Shown: positions 1-10,803, counted from the whole stretch's first letter. The stretch is 63,081 nucleotides of DNA, filler included, from Deltaproteobacteria bacterium (GCA_030698575.1; 14 parts of 14 records of this genome joined end to end with filler, not necessarily neighbours in it), one strand, 5' to 3'. Numbers and translations: made by a program. The notes: generated by a model from the letters alone, not told the origin.

Positions 1-1443
1 GGCGGGCTCGCGCGCATCGCGACACTGGTGAAGGCGGTTCGTGCGGAAACCGATGCGCTCATTCTCGTCGATGCCGGCGAGCGACTCTTTCAGGAAGCGG
101 ACCTCGTGGAGGTGATGGCCGATCAGTGGCGGACGAAGGCCGACTTCGTCCAGAAGGCCTACGGGGCACTGGGCGTGGCGGTTGTGAACCTGGGGGCCGA
201 CGATCTCGCCGCCGGGTCCGCGCTGGCGCTGGAGGGGTCGCGGGGCATCGGCGCCGTTCCGATCTCCGCAAATCTGTTCGAAAAGGAAGCCAACCGAAAG
301 ACGCTCACGCAGGCCGCGACCATCCTCGAGGCCGGCGGCGTGCGGGTGGCCTTCCTGGGAATTGCCGACCCGGCCTCGCTCGGGGAAGAGGCCGCCGGAC
401 TGCTCCGGGCCGAGGAGCCGCTGAACCGCGTGCGCGTCACCGTGGCGGAGCTCCAGGCCGAGGCCGACGTCGTCATACTGCTCTCCACCCTCCCGCTCGC
501 GTCGAACCGCGCGCTCGCGGCGAAGGTGGCCGGTCTCGATCTGGTGATCGGCGCGGTCGGCAGCGGCGAGGGAGAAAACGTCGTCGTGCCGGAGCGTGCG
601 GGGAACAGCCTCGTCGTTCAGGTGAAGCCGCTCGGCGAGTTCGTCGGGCGCATCGATCTGACGTTGCCGCCGCGCGGGGCTAAGAGCGAGGAGGGGTTTC
701 AGGATGTGACCCCCGAGGACCCCATCTGGGGCATGCCTCCCGAAGGGGGCGCGCCGGGAGGCGGCATCAGCTTCGGCGACGATCTCGATCTCCGAGGCGC
801 GCCTGCGCGTGAATCGGCGCGCTCCGTCCCTCCTGTCCCGCCGCCGGCGCCGGGGACAATCCGCCACACGGTCTATGCAATCGGGTCCCCGCTGGTGGAG
901 GACGCAGGCATCCAGCGCCTCATGAACGAATACAAATTGAAGGTCGCGGAGATGAACCGGAACGCGCCGGTGACGGCCGAGCGAATTCCGACCGACGGTC
1001 CGGCCTACGCGGGGGCCGAGGCCTGCAAGAGCTGTCATGCGCCCGTTCACGAATTCGTCGGCACGCTCGCGCACGCCCGGGCCTACGCCACACTCGAGAA
1101 GCGCAACTCACAGTTCGATCTGGAGTGCGTCGGCTGCCACGTGACGGGGTGGGACAAGCCCGGCGGGTTCAATCATCCGGCGGCGGTCGGCAACCTGAAG
1201 GATGTTCAGTGCGAAGCCTGCCACGGACCGGGGAGCGTTCACATCGCCAGCGGCGGCGCCCGGGGCGTGGGCAACATGCACGCCGAGGTTCCGCGGGAGA
1301 CATGCCTCGGCTGCCACACCCCCGAGCACAGCACGCGGTTTGCGCCCGAGGAGAAGGTCTACCTCGAACGCATCCGCTGCTCGCAGGCGATCCTGACGGG
1401 CCTGACCGACAGTGCCGCGAAGCCGCCGTCCACACCGGAGTAG
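1..1443 (+). CDS. 5'-nucleotidase/UshA-like (metallophosphoesterase-fold) N-terminal domain fused to a tetraheme cytochrome c554-like domain; 5' truncated
   Basis: Frame is open from base 1 (GGLARIATLVKAVR, typical of UshA-like proteins). It has LILVDAGE, ISAN and DLVIG motifs and four CxxCH motifs (CKSCH, CVGCH, CEACH, CLGCH). Confidence 0.75.
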   Translation, partial: GGLARIATLVKAVRAETDALILVDAGERLFQEADLVEVMADQWRTKADFVQKAYGALGVAVVNLGADDLAAGSALALEGSRGIGAVPISANLFEKEANRKTLTQAATILEAGGVRVAFLGIADPASLGEEAAGLLRAEEPLNRVRVTVAELQAEADVVILLSTLPLASNRALAAKVAGLDLVIGAVGSGEGENVVVPERAGNSLVVQVKPLGEFVGRIDLTLPPRGAKSEEGFQDVTPEDPIWGMPPEGGAPGGGISFGDDLDLRGAPARESARSVPPVPPPAPGTIRHTVYAIGSPLVEDAGIQRLMNEYKLKVAEMNRNAPVTAERIPTDGPAYAGAEACKSCHAPVHEFVGTLAHARAYATLEKRNSQFDLECVGCHVTGWDKPGGFNHPAAVGNLKDVQCEACHGPGSVHIASGGARGVGNMHAEVPRETCLGCHTPEHSTRFAPEEKVYLERIRCSQAILTGLTDSAAKPPSTPE

Positions 1444-1453
1444 GTGGAGCTTT

Positions 1454-1483
1454 TTGACAGCCGGCGCGGCTTTTGGCTAGCAT
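1454..1483 (+). promoter_or_regulatory. Candidate sigma70 promoter for the polyprenyl synthase
   Basis: TTGACA (1454-1459), 18-bp spacer, TAGCAT (1478-1483), upstream of a GGAGG RBS. Confidence 0.45.
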
Positions 1484-1505
1484 TCCTGGCGGGAGGAATT
1501 TCTAC

Positions 1506-2480
1506 TTGGACTACGCGCAGATCACCGCCCCGATCGCCGAAGACCTCGAAGCGGTCGAGCGCGTCATCGTCGAGAACCTGGGCTCCGATGTGCCGGTCAT
1601 TCCGCGCGTGGGGGAGTACGTGTTCTCGGCGGGCGGCAAGCGCTTCCGCCCGGCGCTCCTTCTCCTCGCCGCGGAGCTGGCGGGCTACCGCGGCGCGCGC
1701 GCCCACAACCTGGCCGCGGTCATCGAGTTCGTGCACACGGCGTCCCTCCTGCACGACGACGTGGTCGACAACGCAGGGCTTCGCCGGGGGCAGGAAGCCG
1801 CCAACCTCGTCTTCGGAAACCAGGCCAGCGTGCTGGTGGGCGATTTTCTCTACGGGCGCGCCTCGTCGATGCTCGCCGACGACAACGACATCCGCACGGT
1901 GAAGGTCGTGGCCGAAGCGCTGCGCGCGATGGCCGAGGGAGAGGTGCTGCAGCTCGGCCGCCAGCACGACGTCGACGCCACAGAGGCCGGTTACATGGAA
2001 GTGATTGAGCGGAAAACGGCCGTGCTCATATCGGCGGCCTCGGAGCTTGGCGCCATCCTGGGAGAATGCGACGGCGCCAGCCGCGATGCGCTCCGCCGCT
2101 TCGGGCTCGGCATCGGACTGGCCTTCCAGCTCATGGACGACGCGCTCGACTACGTGGGCGACGATGCCCGCGTGGGAAAGAGTCACGGCAATGATCTGGC
2201 CGAGGGGAAGGTGACGTTGCCCCTCATCCTGACGCTCCGGGTCTGCACGCCGACGGAGCGGGAAACCGTGAGCGCGGTGCTGAAGGCCGAGCAGGTCGGT
2301 GCCGCGGAGTTCAAGACGGTGGCCGGGCTCATCCGCCGCTACAAAGGGATCGAAGGCACCGTAGCCCGCGCCCGCGCGCAGGTGACGGCGTGCGAGAAGC
2401 TGATCGAGAAGTTCCCCGACGGCCGGGAGAAGCGTTCCCTCCTCGACCTGGCCGGCTACGTGGTCGCGCGAGACCGCTAG
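1506..2480 (+). CDS. ispB: Polyprenyl (octaprenyl-type) diphosphate synthase
   Basis: GGKRFRP, first Asp-rich motif LLHDDVVD..LRRG, KTA, second motif FQLMDDALD, and DLAEGKVTLP. TTG start at 1506 follows GGAGG. Confidence 0.9.
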   Translation: MDYAQITAPIAEDLEAVERVIVENLGSDVPVIPRVGEYVFSAGGKRFRPALLLLAAELAGYRGARAHNLAAVIEFVHTASLLHDDVVDNAGLRRGQEAANLVFGNQASVLVGDFLYGRASSMLADDNDIRTVKVVAEALRAMAEGEVLQLGRQHDVDATEAGYMEVIERKTAVLISAASELGAILGECDGASRDALRRFGLGIGLAFQLMDDALDYVGDDARVGKSHGNDLAEGKVTLPLILTLRVCTPTERETVSAVLKAEQVGAAEFKTVAGLIRRYKGIEGTVARARAQVTACEKLIEKFPDGREKRSLLDLAGYVVARDR

Positions 2481-2589
2481 CTACACCCACCGCTTGGAGC
2501 ACCCTCCCTGATCCTCCGGGCCTTTTGGCCCCGTCGCGCCGCTTCGCATCGCCGGAAGTCCGGCGCGGGGCCTTGAAGGAGGATCCACC

Positions 2590-2931
2590 ATGCACCACTC
2601 TCATCCGACCACCCGGCGCCCCGCGCCGCCCGTCGCGCTCCTTGCGGCTTTCCTGCTCGCCCTTTTCGCGGCTTCGGCGGCGGCCCCGGCCGCGCACGCA
2701 GCGGCTGCGGAGAGCGGCGTGACCGTCAACGTCAACACCGCCACGGCCGACGAGCTGATGGCCATTCCCGGCATCGGCCAGGCCAAGGCGTCGGCCATCG
2801 TCGCGCACCGCGACGCGAACGGCCCCTTCACATCACCTGAGGATCTCCTGCAGGTGAAGGGGGTCGGCGAGGCGCTCCTCGCGAAGATCCGCCCCTACGT
2901 GACCACGGGCGGCACCACGAGCGCCCGCTAG
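2590..2931 (+). CDS. comEA: ComEA-family helix-hairpin-helix DNA-binding protein
   Basis: Signal peptide, then VNVNTATADELMAIPGIGQAKA..IV..R..NGPF..PEDL..VKGVG. Confidence 0.9.
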   Translation: MHHSHPTTRRPAPPVALLAAFLLALFAASAAAPAAHAAAAESGVTVNVNTATADELMAIPGIGQAKASAIVAHRDANGPFTSPEDLLQVKGVGEALLAKIRPYVTTGGTTSAR

Positions 2932-2960
2932 CACGCCCCGCGATCTCGCGCGATCCCATG

Positions 2961-3000
2961 CGGCCCCGCCCGGAAATCCCGGGTGGGGCCGTCTTGCTGT
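2961..3000 (+). terminator. Possible intrinsic terminator hairpin after comEA
   Basis: CGGCCCCGCCCGG-AAAT-CCCGGGTGGGGCCG stem followed by a weak T-rich tail. Confidence 0.4.
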
Positions 3001-3008
3001 GGGGTTGC

Positions 3009-3037
3009 TTGACGGCCCCCGGCGGCAGGTCTATCCT
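3009..3037 (+). promoter_or_regulatory. Sigma70 promoter for the riboswitch-btuF transcript
   Basis: TTGACG, 17 bp, TATCCT immediately upstream of the riboswitch. Confidence 0.6.
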
Positions 3038-3051
3038 CCGGGCAGTACAGA

Positions 3052-3240
3052 CCCGCCAGGGTGCCCGCGCCCCGGATCGCTCGGTGAAAGGCGCGGGTGA
3101 AAAGGGAAGGCCGTGAAACCCGGCCGCGGTCCCGCCACTGTGATGGGCGAAGGGGGCTGACGCGAGAATCCGCGTCGCCCCGGCCCGCACGCCAGACGCG
3201 TGCGGCGCACGCCCTCAGCCAGGAGACCTGCCCCGGCGCG
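3052..3240 (+). promoter_or_regulatory. Cobalamin (AdoCbl) riboswitch
   Basis: AAAAGGGAAG-GCCGTGAAACCCGGC, CCCGCCACTGTG and the B12-box AGCCAGGAGACCTGCC; directly upstream of a cobalamin-binding protein gene. Confidence 0.92.
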
Positions 3241-3369
3241 CCTCTAGCACCATAGCCACGCTCTTCGCGGAAAGAGCCGGGGAAATTCGCCCTGCTCCGG
3301 ACCCGAAACGGCGCGGGGCATTTTCTTGCCCGCGCCCACCGGCTCCGCCGCGATCCATCCGGAGCCACG

Positions 3370-4233
3370 ATGGGCGCCACCGAGACACGACGCCGGTTTA
3401 CTCGCCTCGCGGTCCTGCTTGCGGCCGCCGCATGCCTCGCGGCCACACCCGATACCCGCACACTCACCGACGACCTCGGCCGCCGCGTCACGGCTCCGCC
3501 CCACCCCGCGCGCATTCTTTCCTACGCCCCCAATCTGACCGAAACCGTCTTCGCCATCGGCGCGGCCGATCGCCTGGTGGGACGCACGCGATTCTGCGAC
3601 TGGCCCCCGGAGGTGAGCAAGGTGCCGAGCTTCGGGGGCCTCCTCGACCCCGACTTCGAGAAGATCGCCGTGCTCCGGCCCGATCTGATCCTTGCGACGA
3701 CAGCGGGCGATCCGCGCGACAAGGTCGACGCCCTGTCGCGGCTCGGCTACCCGGTTTTCGTCACTTCGCCGGAGGACGTTGGCGACGTGATCGCCGACAT
3801 CGAAGCGATCGGCGCCGCGGTGGGCGCGGAGCGGGATGCCACGCGCGTCGCGGCCGGGATGCGCGCCGAGCTGGCGGATGTCGCGCGGCGGGTCGCCGGG
3901 CGCCCGCGTGTGCGCACCCTCGTGGTCATCTGGCAGGACCCGCTCAGGACCATCGGGAACGGCAGCTTTCTCGCGGATGTCCTCCACCGCGCGGGAGGCG
4001 AGCCCGTGCCGGGCGGCGGCGACGCCGACTATCCGCAGGTCAACATGGAAGCCGTCCTGCACGCGGCCCCGGAGGTCATCCTGCTCGGCCGTCCGGGAGA
4101 GCCGGGGCGCGGCGAGGAGAGTTTCTGGCGGCAGTTCAAGACGCTGCCGGCGGTGCGCGACGGGCGAATCCTCTCGGTGGACCTCGAGGTGGCCAGCCGC
4201 CCCGGCCCTCGCATAGCGGGGGCGGTTCGCGAG
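3370..4233 (+). CDS. btuF: Cobalamin ABC transporter substrate-binding protein (BtuF-like); 3' truncated
   Basis: TDDLGRRV, RILSYAPNLTETVFAIG, FCDWP, PDFEKIAVLRPDLIL and SRPGPR motifs; downstream of a B12 riboswitch. Confidence 0.85.
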
Positions 4234-4333
4234 NNNNNNNNNNNNNNNNNNNNNNNNNNNNNNNNNNNNNNNNNNNNTTAATTAATTAANNNNNNNNNNN
4301 NNNNNNNNNNNNNNNNNNNNNNNNNNNNNNNNN
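4234..4333. other. Assembly gap with artificial linker (first of 13)
   Basis: N44-TTAATTAATTAA-N44. The same linker is at 7739-7838, 18012-18111, 21887-21986, 26571-26670, 30329-30428, 34486-34585, 37765-37864, 40727-40826, 46430-46529, 49299-49398, 53221-53320 and 58451-58550. Confidence 0.98.
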
Positions 4334-7095
4334 CCGCCCTCGCCGGTATTGCTCTTCCCGCCGATGCGGTTCATGGCGATCGCCAGGTTCTCGTGCGCTT
4401 CTTTACTGATCGACCCGAAAGACATGGCGCCGGTGCAGAACCGCTTCACGATTTCCGAGATCGGCTCCACCTCCTCCAGAGGCACGGGTTGCGCGCCCGG
4501 TTTGAATCGCAGGAGCCCCCTCAGCGTGCACAGCGTCTCGCTGCTCTCGTTGGCGATCCGGGAGAACTCCTTGAAGGTCGCGTAGCTCTCTTTCCGCACC
4601 GCGTGCTGCAGCATCGCCACGGATTCCGGATTGAACATGTGTTTCTCGCCGTCGCGTCGCCACTGGTAGATGCCGCCGGCGTCGAGATCGGATTCCGAAT
4701 CCACTGCACGGGCGATGTCGAATGCGCTGGCGTGTTTCATTGCGGCCTCCTCGGCCAGCACATCGAGCCCCGCCCCGTCCACGCGCGACGGCGTAGCGGT
4801 GAAGTACTTGGCGACCAGACTGCGGGAAAGCCCGATTGCTTCGAAGATCTGAGCGCCCTGATAACTCGCCACCGTCGAAATGCCCATCTTGGAGAAGACC
4901 TTCAGCAGGCCCTTCTTGATGGCCTTGATGTAATTCGTCGCCGCCTCTTCCCGCCCGATATTCCCCTCGAAGTAACTGCCGTCCCGGCGCAACTCCTCAA
5001 TCGTCTCGAAGGCGAGGTAGGGATTGATCGCGCCCGCGCCATAACCGACCAGAAGCGCGTAGTGCGCAACTTCACGTGCCTCGCCGGACTCGACGATGAT
5101 CCCCGCCTTCGACCTTAGCCCCTCGCGAATCAGGTGGTGATGCACGGCGCCCACGGCCAGAAGGCTCGGAACGGCCGCCAGATCCGGCCCCACCCCCCGG
5201 TCGCTCAGGATCAACAGGTTCTTGCCGGCGCGCACGGCCTCCGCCGCTTCGGCGCAGATCTTGTCGAGCGCGCTCTCCAGGCCGGCTGCACGGTCAGCCA
5301 CCTTGAACAAGACCGGAATGGTTACGGCCGAAAAGCCGGGGCTATCGATACCGCGGATGCGCTCGAGTTCGTCATTCGTGAGGATCGGGTGGTCGAGGGT
5401 GAGGAGCCTCGCGTGCCCGGGGGTCTCCTCGAGCAGGTTATGCTCGGTCCCGAGAGCGCTCCGCAGGGACATCACCAGTTCCTCGCGGATCGGGTCGATG
5501 GCCGGATTCGTCACCTGCGCGAAAAGCTGCTTGAAGTAGTCGTAGAGCATCCGCGGGCGATCGGAGAGCGCCGCGAGCGCGGTGTCGTCGCCCATGGATC
5601 CGATGGGCTCCTGCCCCTGGGCGGCCATGGGGGCAAGCAGGATTCGAAGATCCTCGCGCGTGTAGCCGAAGGCCACCTGGCGCTGGACGAGCGTTTCCGC
5701 GTTGTCCTCATGCGGCGACGTCACCGCCGGCAGATCCGCCAGCCGGAGGCGGTTCTCCGCCACCCACTGCCGGTAGGGGCGCCGGGTCGCCATCTCTTCC
5801 TTCAACTCGGCATCGTCCACGATGCAGCCGCGCTCGGTGTCGATCAGGAACATCCGGCCCGGTTGCAGTCTGCCCTTGTAGGCGACATCCTCGGGCTCGA
5901 TGGGGAGGACCCCGACCTCGGACGCCATCACCACGAAGTCGTCCTTCGTCACGACGTAGCGGGAAGGGCGCAGACCGTTCCGGTCGAGCACCGCGCCGAT
6001 GCGAACGCCGTCCGTGAAAGCGATCGAGGCGGGCCCGTCCCAGGGCTCCATGAGGAAGGAGTGGTACTCGTAGAAGCCGCGCTTGTCCTCGTCCATCGAC
6101 TCGTGCCCTTCCCAGGCCTCCGGGATGAGCATCATGATCGCGTGTTCGATGGAGCGCCCCGTGTGCATGAGGAACTCGAGCGCGTTGTCAAAGGTCGCCG
6201 AATCGCTTCCCCGCATTGTGACGATCGGAAAGATTTTCTGAAGGTCATCGCCGAAGAGATCGGAGCGGAGGATCGCCTCGCGGGCCCGCATCCAGTTCCG
6301 GTTGCCGCGCAGCGTGTTGATCTCGCCGTTGTGCCCGATGCAGCGGTAAGGGTGGGCCAGCTCCCAGGTCGGATGCGTGTTGGTGCTGTACCGCTGATGG
6401 ACGAGCGCCAGCGCGGTCACGAAGGTCGGGTCGGTCAGATCGGTGTAGAAGCCGCGGATCTGATGTGCGAGCAGCAAGCCCTTGTAGACGATCGTCCGGG
6501 AAGAGAAGCTCGGGATGCTGAAATGAGTGACGTTCTTCCGGTCAACCTCGAAAACCTTCTTCTCGATCAGGCGGCGAATAACGTAGAGCTTGCGCTCGAA
6601 GGCGGCCTGATCGGCCATCCCCGGACCCATGCCGACGAACAACTGCCGGACGATGGGCATGTGAATGCGCGCCAGCCGTCCGATCTTGCCGGGCTCGACG
6701 GGGACGTCCCGCCAGCCCAGTAACGCCTGCCCCTCGGCCTTGACGATATCCCGGGCAATGCGCTCCCGCCTTCGGCGCTTCCGCACATCGGGCGGGAGGA
6801 ACATCATCGCGACGCCGTACTCACCCGGCTCGGGGAGGCTGAATCCCAGCCGCTCACACTCCTTCTGAAAGAACGCATGGGGAATCTGAACGAGGATCCC
6901 CGCACCGTCGCCCGTCTCCGGATCACACCCCGTCGCACCGCGGTGCGTGAGGTTGACCAGAACCTGGAGCCCCTTCTGCACCATATTGTGGGACTTACGC
7001 CCGCGGATATCGACGACGAATCCGACGCCGCACGCGTCGTGCTCGAGCGACGGATCGTAGAGCCCCTGCTTCCTGAGCGGTTTGACGATTCGCAT
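4334..7095 (-). CDS. gltB: Glutamate synthase large subunit; 3' truncated
   Basis: EHDACGVG (N-terminal amidotransferase Cys), HQRYSTNT, HNGEINT, EPWDGPA, LDRNGLRP, FAQVTNP, TGAMSFGSIS and KSNTGEG. Confidence 0.97.
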
Positions 7096-7493
7096 CTGAC
7101 CATCCGTTGTCGTGGCGCCCTGCCTGCCGCCGCACCGGCGCACAGAAAACCCCTTCCGGATTCTCCCCTCGGGAGCCTGCCGAATTCATTTTACAATGCT
7201 GGGTCGGGATCGGGAGGTTCCTTTGTCTGTCCCGGGATCCGGGCGCCAGGAACTCCCCCGAACAGGACGAACGGTCCCGCCGACGCGGTCGGGGCACTCC
7301 CCTCGCGGGAGCGCCGCCTCGTTCTGAATCCTCGTGCGGGCTTCGAGAATATTACGTTACGTCGCGCCCTCCGGGCTGTCAAGCGCCGGAGGGACTTGCG
7401 TGTTGCCGGGCGAGCTACTCATTTCGCTATAATTTCAGGCAGTTGGCGTGATCACGTTGTGCACAGTATGCCGCATTGAGGCCCCCCCCGCGC

Positions 7494-7738
7494 TCAGTCG
7501 TTGCGGGCGGGCCAGCGGCGGAGCAACGGCCCAGGATCGTTGGCGAAGACGCCGTCCACGCCGATGCGCTGAAGGCCCGCGACCGCCTCCTCGCCATCGA
7601 CCGTGAAGACATAGACGCGGAGGCCGAGCGCATGAAGGGCCCCTACTGTATCCGGAGCCGCGAGACGGTGCTGCAAGTTGGCCGCTTCGAGAGACAGCCC
7701 CTCCCAGCGGCCGATGCGCGCCATGATCCGCCCATGGA
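7494..7738 (-). CDS. Glycerophosphodiester phosphodiesterase, C-terminal fragment
   Basis: LHALGLRVYVFTVD...IGVDGVFANDP matches the GDPD C-terminal signature. Confidence 0.7.
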
Positions 7739-7840
7739 NNNNNNNNNNNNNNNNNNNNNNNNNNNNNNNNNNNNNNNNNNNNTTAATTAATTAANNNNNN
7801 NNNNNNNNNNNNNNNNNNNNNNNNNNNNNNNNNNNNNNCA

Positions 7841-10714
7841 ATGCATTCGACGCCTTCCCATCTGGGGACGGACCCCGCTGCCCTGATGGAGCTGGTCGAC
7901 GCGCTCTCAGTCCGAACCATCGATACCCGAGTCGAGACACCCTTCGCCGGGCCCGGTCACGTACTGGAGGCGCTGACGCAGCTCGAGTTCTACCGGCTTG
8001 GCGGCGCGGCACGGCGCGAAGGTCAGGCGCCGACAACCATCCCGGCGTCCGTTCTCGCCGGGCTGGCGACGGGCGAGGCTCCCCTCGGCTTCGTTGCGGC
8101 CGGCGACGGCCAGGAAGTTGTGCTCGCTGTGGGCAGCACACGCTCCCGTGCGGCCTCCCTCGCGGCCACCGTCCACGCGGCCATGGGCGGGCCGCCACCG
8201 TACAGCCTGTCTCTCGGGCACGCGCAGATAGACCTCCCCGTCTTCGGCTGTCTCACCGGTGTCCCCTCCACTGCGGTACCACCGGATTCAGCGCTCGACT
8301 TATTTCTCGACGGCCTTCGGGGCGTTCCGTTCCTCTATCTGGTCTACGCAACACCAGAGCCCGTGTCTGCGGTCCGCCGAGACTTCGACCGCATGCGCGA
8401 GGCCGTAAAGGAGGTTGATCGCACGCATCTTCTCCTGCCACAACAGTCGAACGTGGATCGGGGCGCGCTGCGCGCCCGCGAGTTACTCGATGCGTGGTTG
8501 CGCCGCTTGGAATCCGGCCTCAGCGGCGGCCTCTGGCGCGTTTCCGCCCTGCTCGGCGCTGATAGCCGTGATCACGTTCGGCATGGACTCGAGCTTTTGT
8601 CCGGTCAGCTCCGCAATGATCAAGAACACGCTTTGGCGCCCGTTCGGGGCTACCTGTGCGGCCACGACCGGAACGGCGCGGACGTGCATGCGAACTTGCT
8701 CTCACCAGCAGAGCTCGCGGCGCTCTGCCCTCTTCCTCACCGTGATCGGGTCGGCTTTGCGCTGCGTCAGGAGACCCGATTCGACGTAGACCACCGGAGC
8801 CCAGAGGGCGCGCGGATCGGACAGATCGTCGATGCCGAGGTGCCCACCGGCCGCTGGTACGCCGTCGACGACGCGGCGCTTTGCCGCCACACCCTTGTTG
8901 CGGGGCACACCGGCTCCGGCAAGAGCACGACCGTGAAGGGCCTCCTGCTTGACCTGGCCGGCAGGGGCCTACCGTTCCTCGTGCTCGAGCCGGCGAAGGC
9001 CGAGTACCGAGCGCTCGCGACAAGCATGCCCGGACTCTGCGTCTTCCCGGTGGGTGCGCCGCCGCGTGCCGGACAGATGCCCTTCCTCCTCAACCCGTTC
9101 GCTTTCCCTGTGGGCTTCCCGCTGCACACGCACATCGACTTCTTTACGCAGGCGTTCGTCGCCTCATTCGGACTCCCTCCGCCGACACCGTACTTGCTCC
9201 AAGGTGCCATCTACCGCACTTACGAGGCTCGGGGGTGGGACCTGGTCACCGGCAGGCATCCCAACGGTCACGACCAGATGTCCTTCCCCACGCTATCGGA
9301 TCTCCTTGAGCAGATCGATCCCGTCATGGACGAAGCCGACTACCACGGCGAGATCTCCGCGAACCTGCGCGCCGCTCTTCGCACCCGCATCGGAAATTTG
9401 TGCCTCGGACCGAAGGGTCTCGCGCTCAACACCCGCCAGGGGCTACCGGACGAGATGTTATTTGGAGGACCGGTCGTCCTCGAACTCAGACACCTCGGCT
9501 CTGATGAGGAGAAGGCCCTCCTGATGGGGCTGGTCATCACGCGCCTCTACGAGCTACGCGAAACCAGCCGACCTGAAACAAGTGACCGGCTCCGGCACCT
9601 CCTCGTCGTCGAGGAGGCACACCGCCTTCTCAAGCGCACAGCGGAGCGCTCCTCGGAGGAAAGCAACATGGCGCACCAGGCCATCCAGACCTTTGCCAAC
9701 CTCCTCGCGGAGCTCAGGGCATACGGGCAGGGCGTGGTCCTCGTCGAGCAGCTTCCCTCAAAACTTGAACCGGATATGGTTAAGCACGCCGGCACCAAGG
9801 TCATTCACCGCCTGACGCCCCGCGACGACCGAGACGTGGTCGGAGACGCCATGGTCCTCACGGAGGCGCAGAAGCGAGCGCTCGCTGCCCTGCCCACTGG
9901 TGAGGCGGTCGTATACGGGGAAGGAATGGATGGCGCCGTGCGCGTCAGGGTACCGAAGCGCGACGAGCGCGGCCCGACGACCGCGGATCTCGCCGCTCGC
10001 CCGTGGCGCCGGATCGAGGAAGCGCAGGCCGATCGGCTACGTGCTGTGCTCGAACGATCGCAACTCGCCGGCTTGCTCGCGCTGAAGGAAATCCGAGACG
10101 CAGCGGAGCGAAGCTGGTTCGCCGCGTTTGCCGGGTTGTCGGTCGAAGAGCACGTTGCCTATCTGAAGGCTGAAACGGACCGCCTCCTCGATCCGGAGAC
10201 CAAGGCAAGGGACACTGCCGTCGCGTTCGCCCTCGAGGACGCGCTCCTGCGCCGTGCGCTCTTTCACGGTTGGAGCGAAGCCGCATTCGAGGCCGTAAGG
10301 AGCACCCTGCGCAGCAATGGGCCAGCGGGGGCTGCGCGTTGTCCGCAGGCGCTCGCCAGCCATCGCCGAGTCTGCTCCCGCAGGTGTTCCTTCTGCTACG
10401 AGGGGGCGCAGCTTGCGGCGGATACGCTGTTCCGCGAGGACGTGACGGCCGTGGCGGAGATGGACAGCGATTTGTGGCAGGACGCGCTGTTGCAGGCGGT
10501 CGCCGACTGTGCACGCCGGCGCCTCGGCTGGGAAAAGTCCCTGCCCGATGTGATCATCGCGTGTGGGATCGGGCAGGTAATGACGCGTGCCGGTGTCTCG
10601 CGCCGCGCGGTGGATAAGGTTCTCAACCACGTGCTTGTTGAGCGGGATGACGCCCCCAGTCCTGGCACGCCGCTTGCAGTCTCGCCGGTTACTCGGGGGG
10701 CACGGACCGAATGA
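7841..10714 (+). CDS. HerA/FtsK-superfamily (DUF87-type) P-loop ATPase, 957 aa; may be 5' truncated at the contig edge
   Basis: RHTLVAGHTGSGKS (Walker A), LVLEPAKAEY, LLVVEEAHRL (Walker B), ELRAYGQGVVLVEQLPSKL (Arg finger/Q motif). C-terminal extension has CSRRCSFC. Confidence 0.88.
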   Translation: MHSTPSHLGTDPAALMELVDALSVRTIDTRVETPFAGPGHVLEALTQLEFYRLGGAARREGQAPTTIPASVLAGLATGEAPLGFVAAGDGQEVVLAVGSTRSRAASLAATVHAAMGGPPPYSLSLGHAQIDLPVFGCLTGVPSTAVPPDSALDLFLDGLRGVPFLYLVYATPEPVSAVRRDFDRMREAVKEVDRTHLLLPQQSNVDRGALRARELLDAWLRRLESGLSGGLWRVSALLGADSRDHVRHGLELLSGQLRNDQEHALAPVRGYLCGHDRNGADVHANLLSPAELAALCPLPHRDRVGFALRQETRFDVDHRSPEGARIGQIVDAEVPTGRWYAVDDAALCRHTLVAGHTGSGKSTTVKGLLLDLAGRGLPFLVLEPAKAEYRALATSMPGLCVFPVGAPPRAGQMPFLLNPFAFPVGFPLHTHIDFFTQAFVASFGLPPPTPYLLQGAIYRTYEARGWDLVTGRHPNGHDQMSFPTLSDLLEQIDPVMDEADYHGEISANLRAALRTRIGNLCLGPKGLALNTRQGLPDEMLFGGPVVLELRHLGSDEEKALLMGLVITRLYELRETSRPETSDRLRHLLVVEEAHRLLKRTAERSSEESNMAHQAIQTFANLLAELRAYGQGVVLVEQLPSKLEPDMVKHAGTKVIHRLTPRDDRDVVGDAMVLTEAQKRALAALPTGEAVVYGEGMDGAVRVRVPKRDERGPTTADLAARPWRRIEEAQADRLRAVLERSQLAGLLALKEIRDAAERSWFAAFAGLSVEEHVAYLKAETDRLLDPETKARDTAVAFALEDALLRRALFHGWSEAAFEAVRSTLRSNGPAGAARCPQALASHRRVCSRRCSFCYEGAQLAADTLFREDVTAVAEMDSDLWQDALLQAVADCARRRLGWEKSLPDVIIACGIGQVMTRAGVSRRAVDKVLNHVLVERDDAPSPGTPLAVSPVTRGARTE
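10662..10678 (+). promoter_or_regulatory. Sigma54 (-24/-12) promoter
   Basis: CTGGCACG-CCGC-TTGCA matches the YTGGCACG-N4-TTGCW consensus exactly. It sits about 33 bp upstream of the ATG at 10711, inside the 3' end of the ATPase gene. Confidence 0.6.
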
Positions 10715-10803
10715 GCAGCGAGGATCTCGATTCCGTCATCGAACACGAGACCTATGACATGATGAAAAATCGCGTGCAGGGAAATCGGAGGCGCACCGAA
10801 TGA
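10711..10803 (+). CDS. 30-aa micro-ORF (MSSEDLDSVIEHETYDMMKNRVQGNRRRTE)
   Basis: ATGA overlap with the ATPase stop and with the next ORF start; G-rich RBS upstream. Confidence 0.45.
   Translation: MSSEDLDSVIEHETYDMMKNRVQGNRRRTE

Noticed and set aside
5134-6723. Long antisense or alternate-frame ORFs (also 27513-29006, 41366-42778, 43696-45081, 54018-55427 and others)
   Set aside because: Shadow ORFs of well-supported genes in high-GC DNA, with no motifs.
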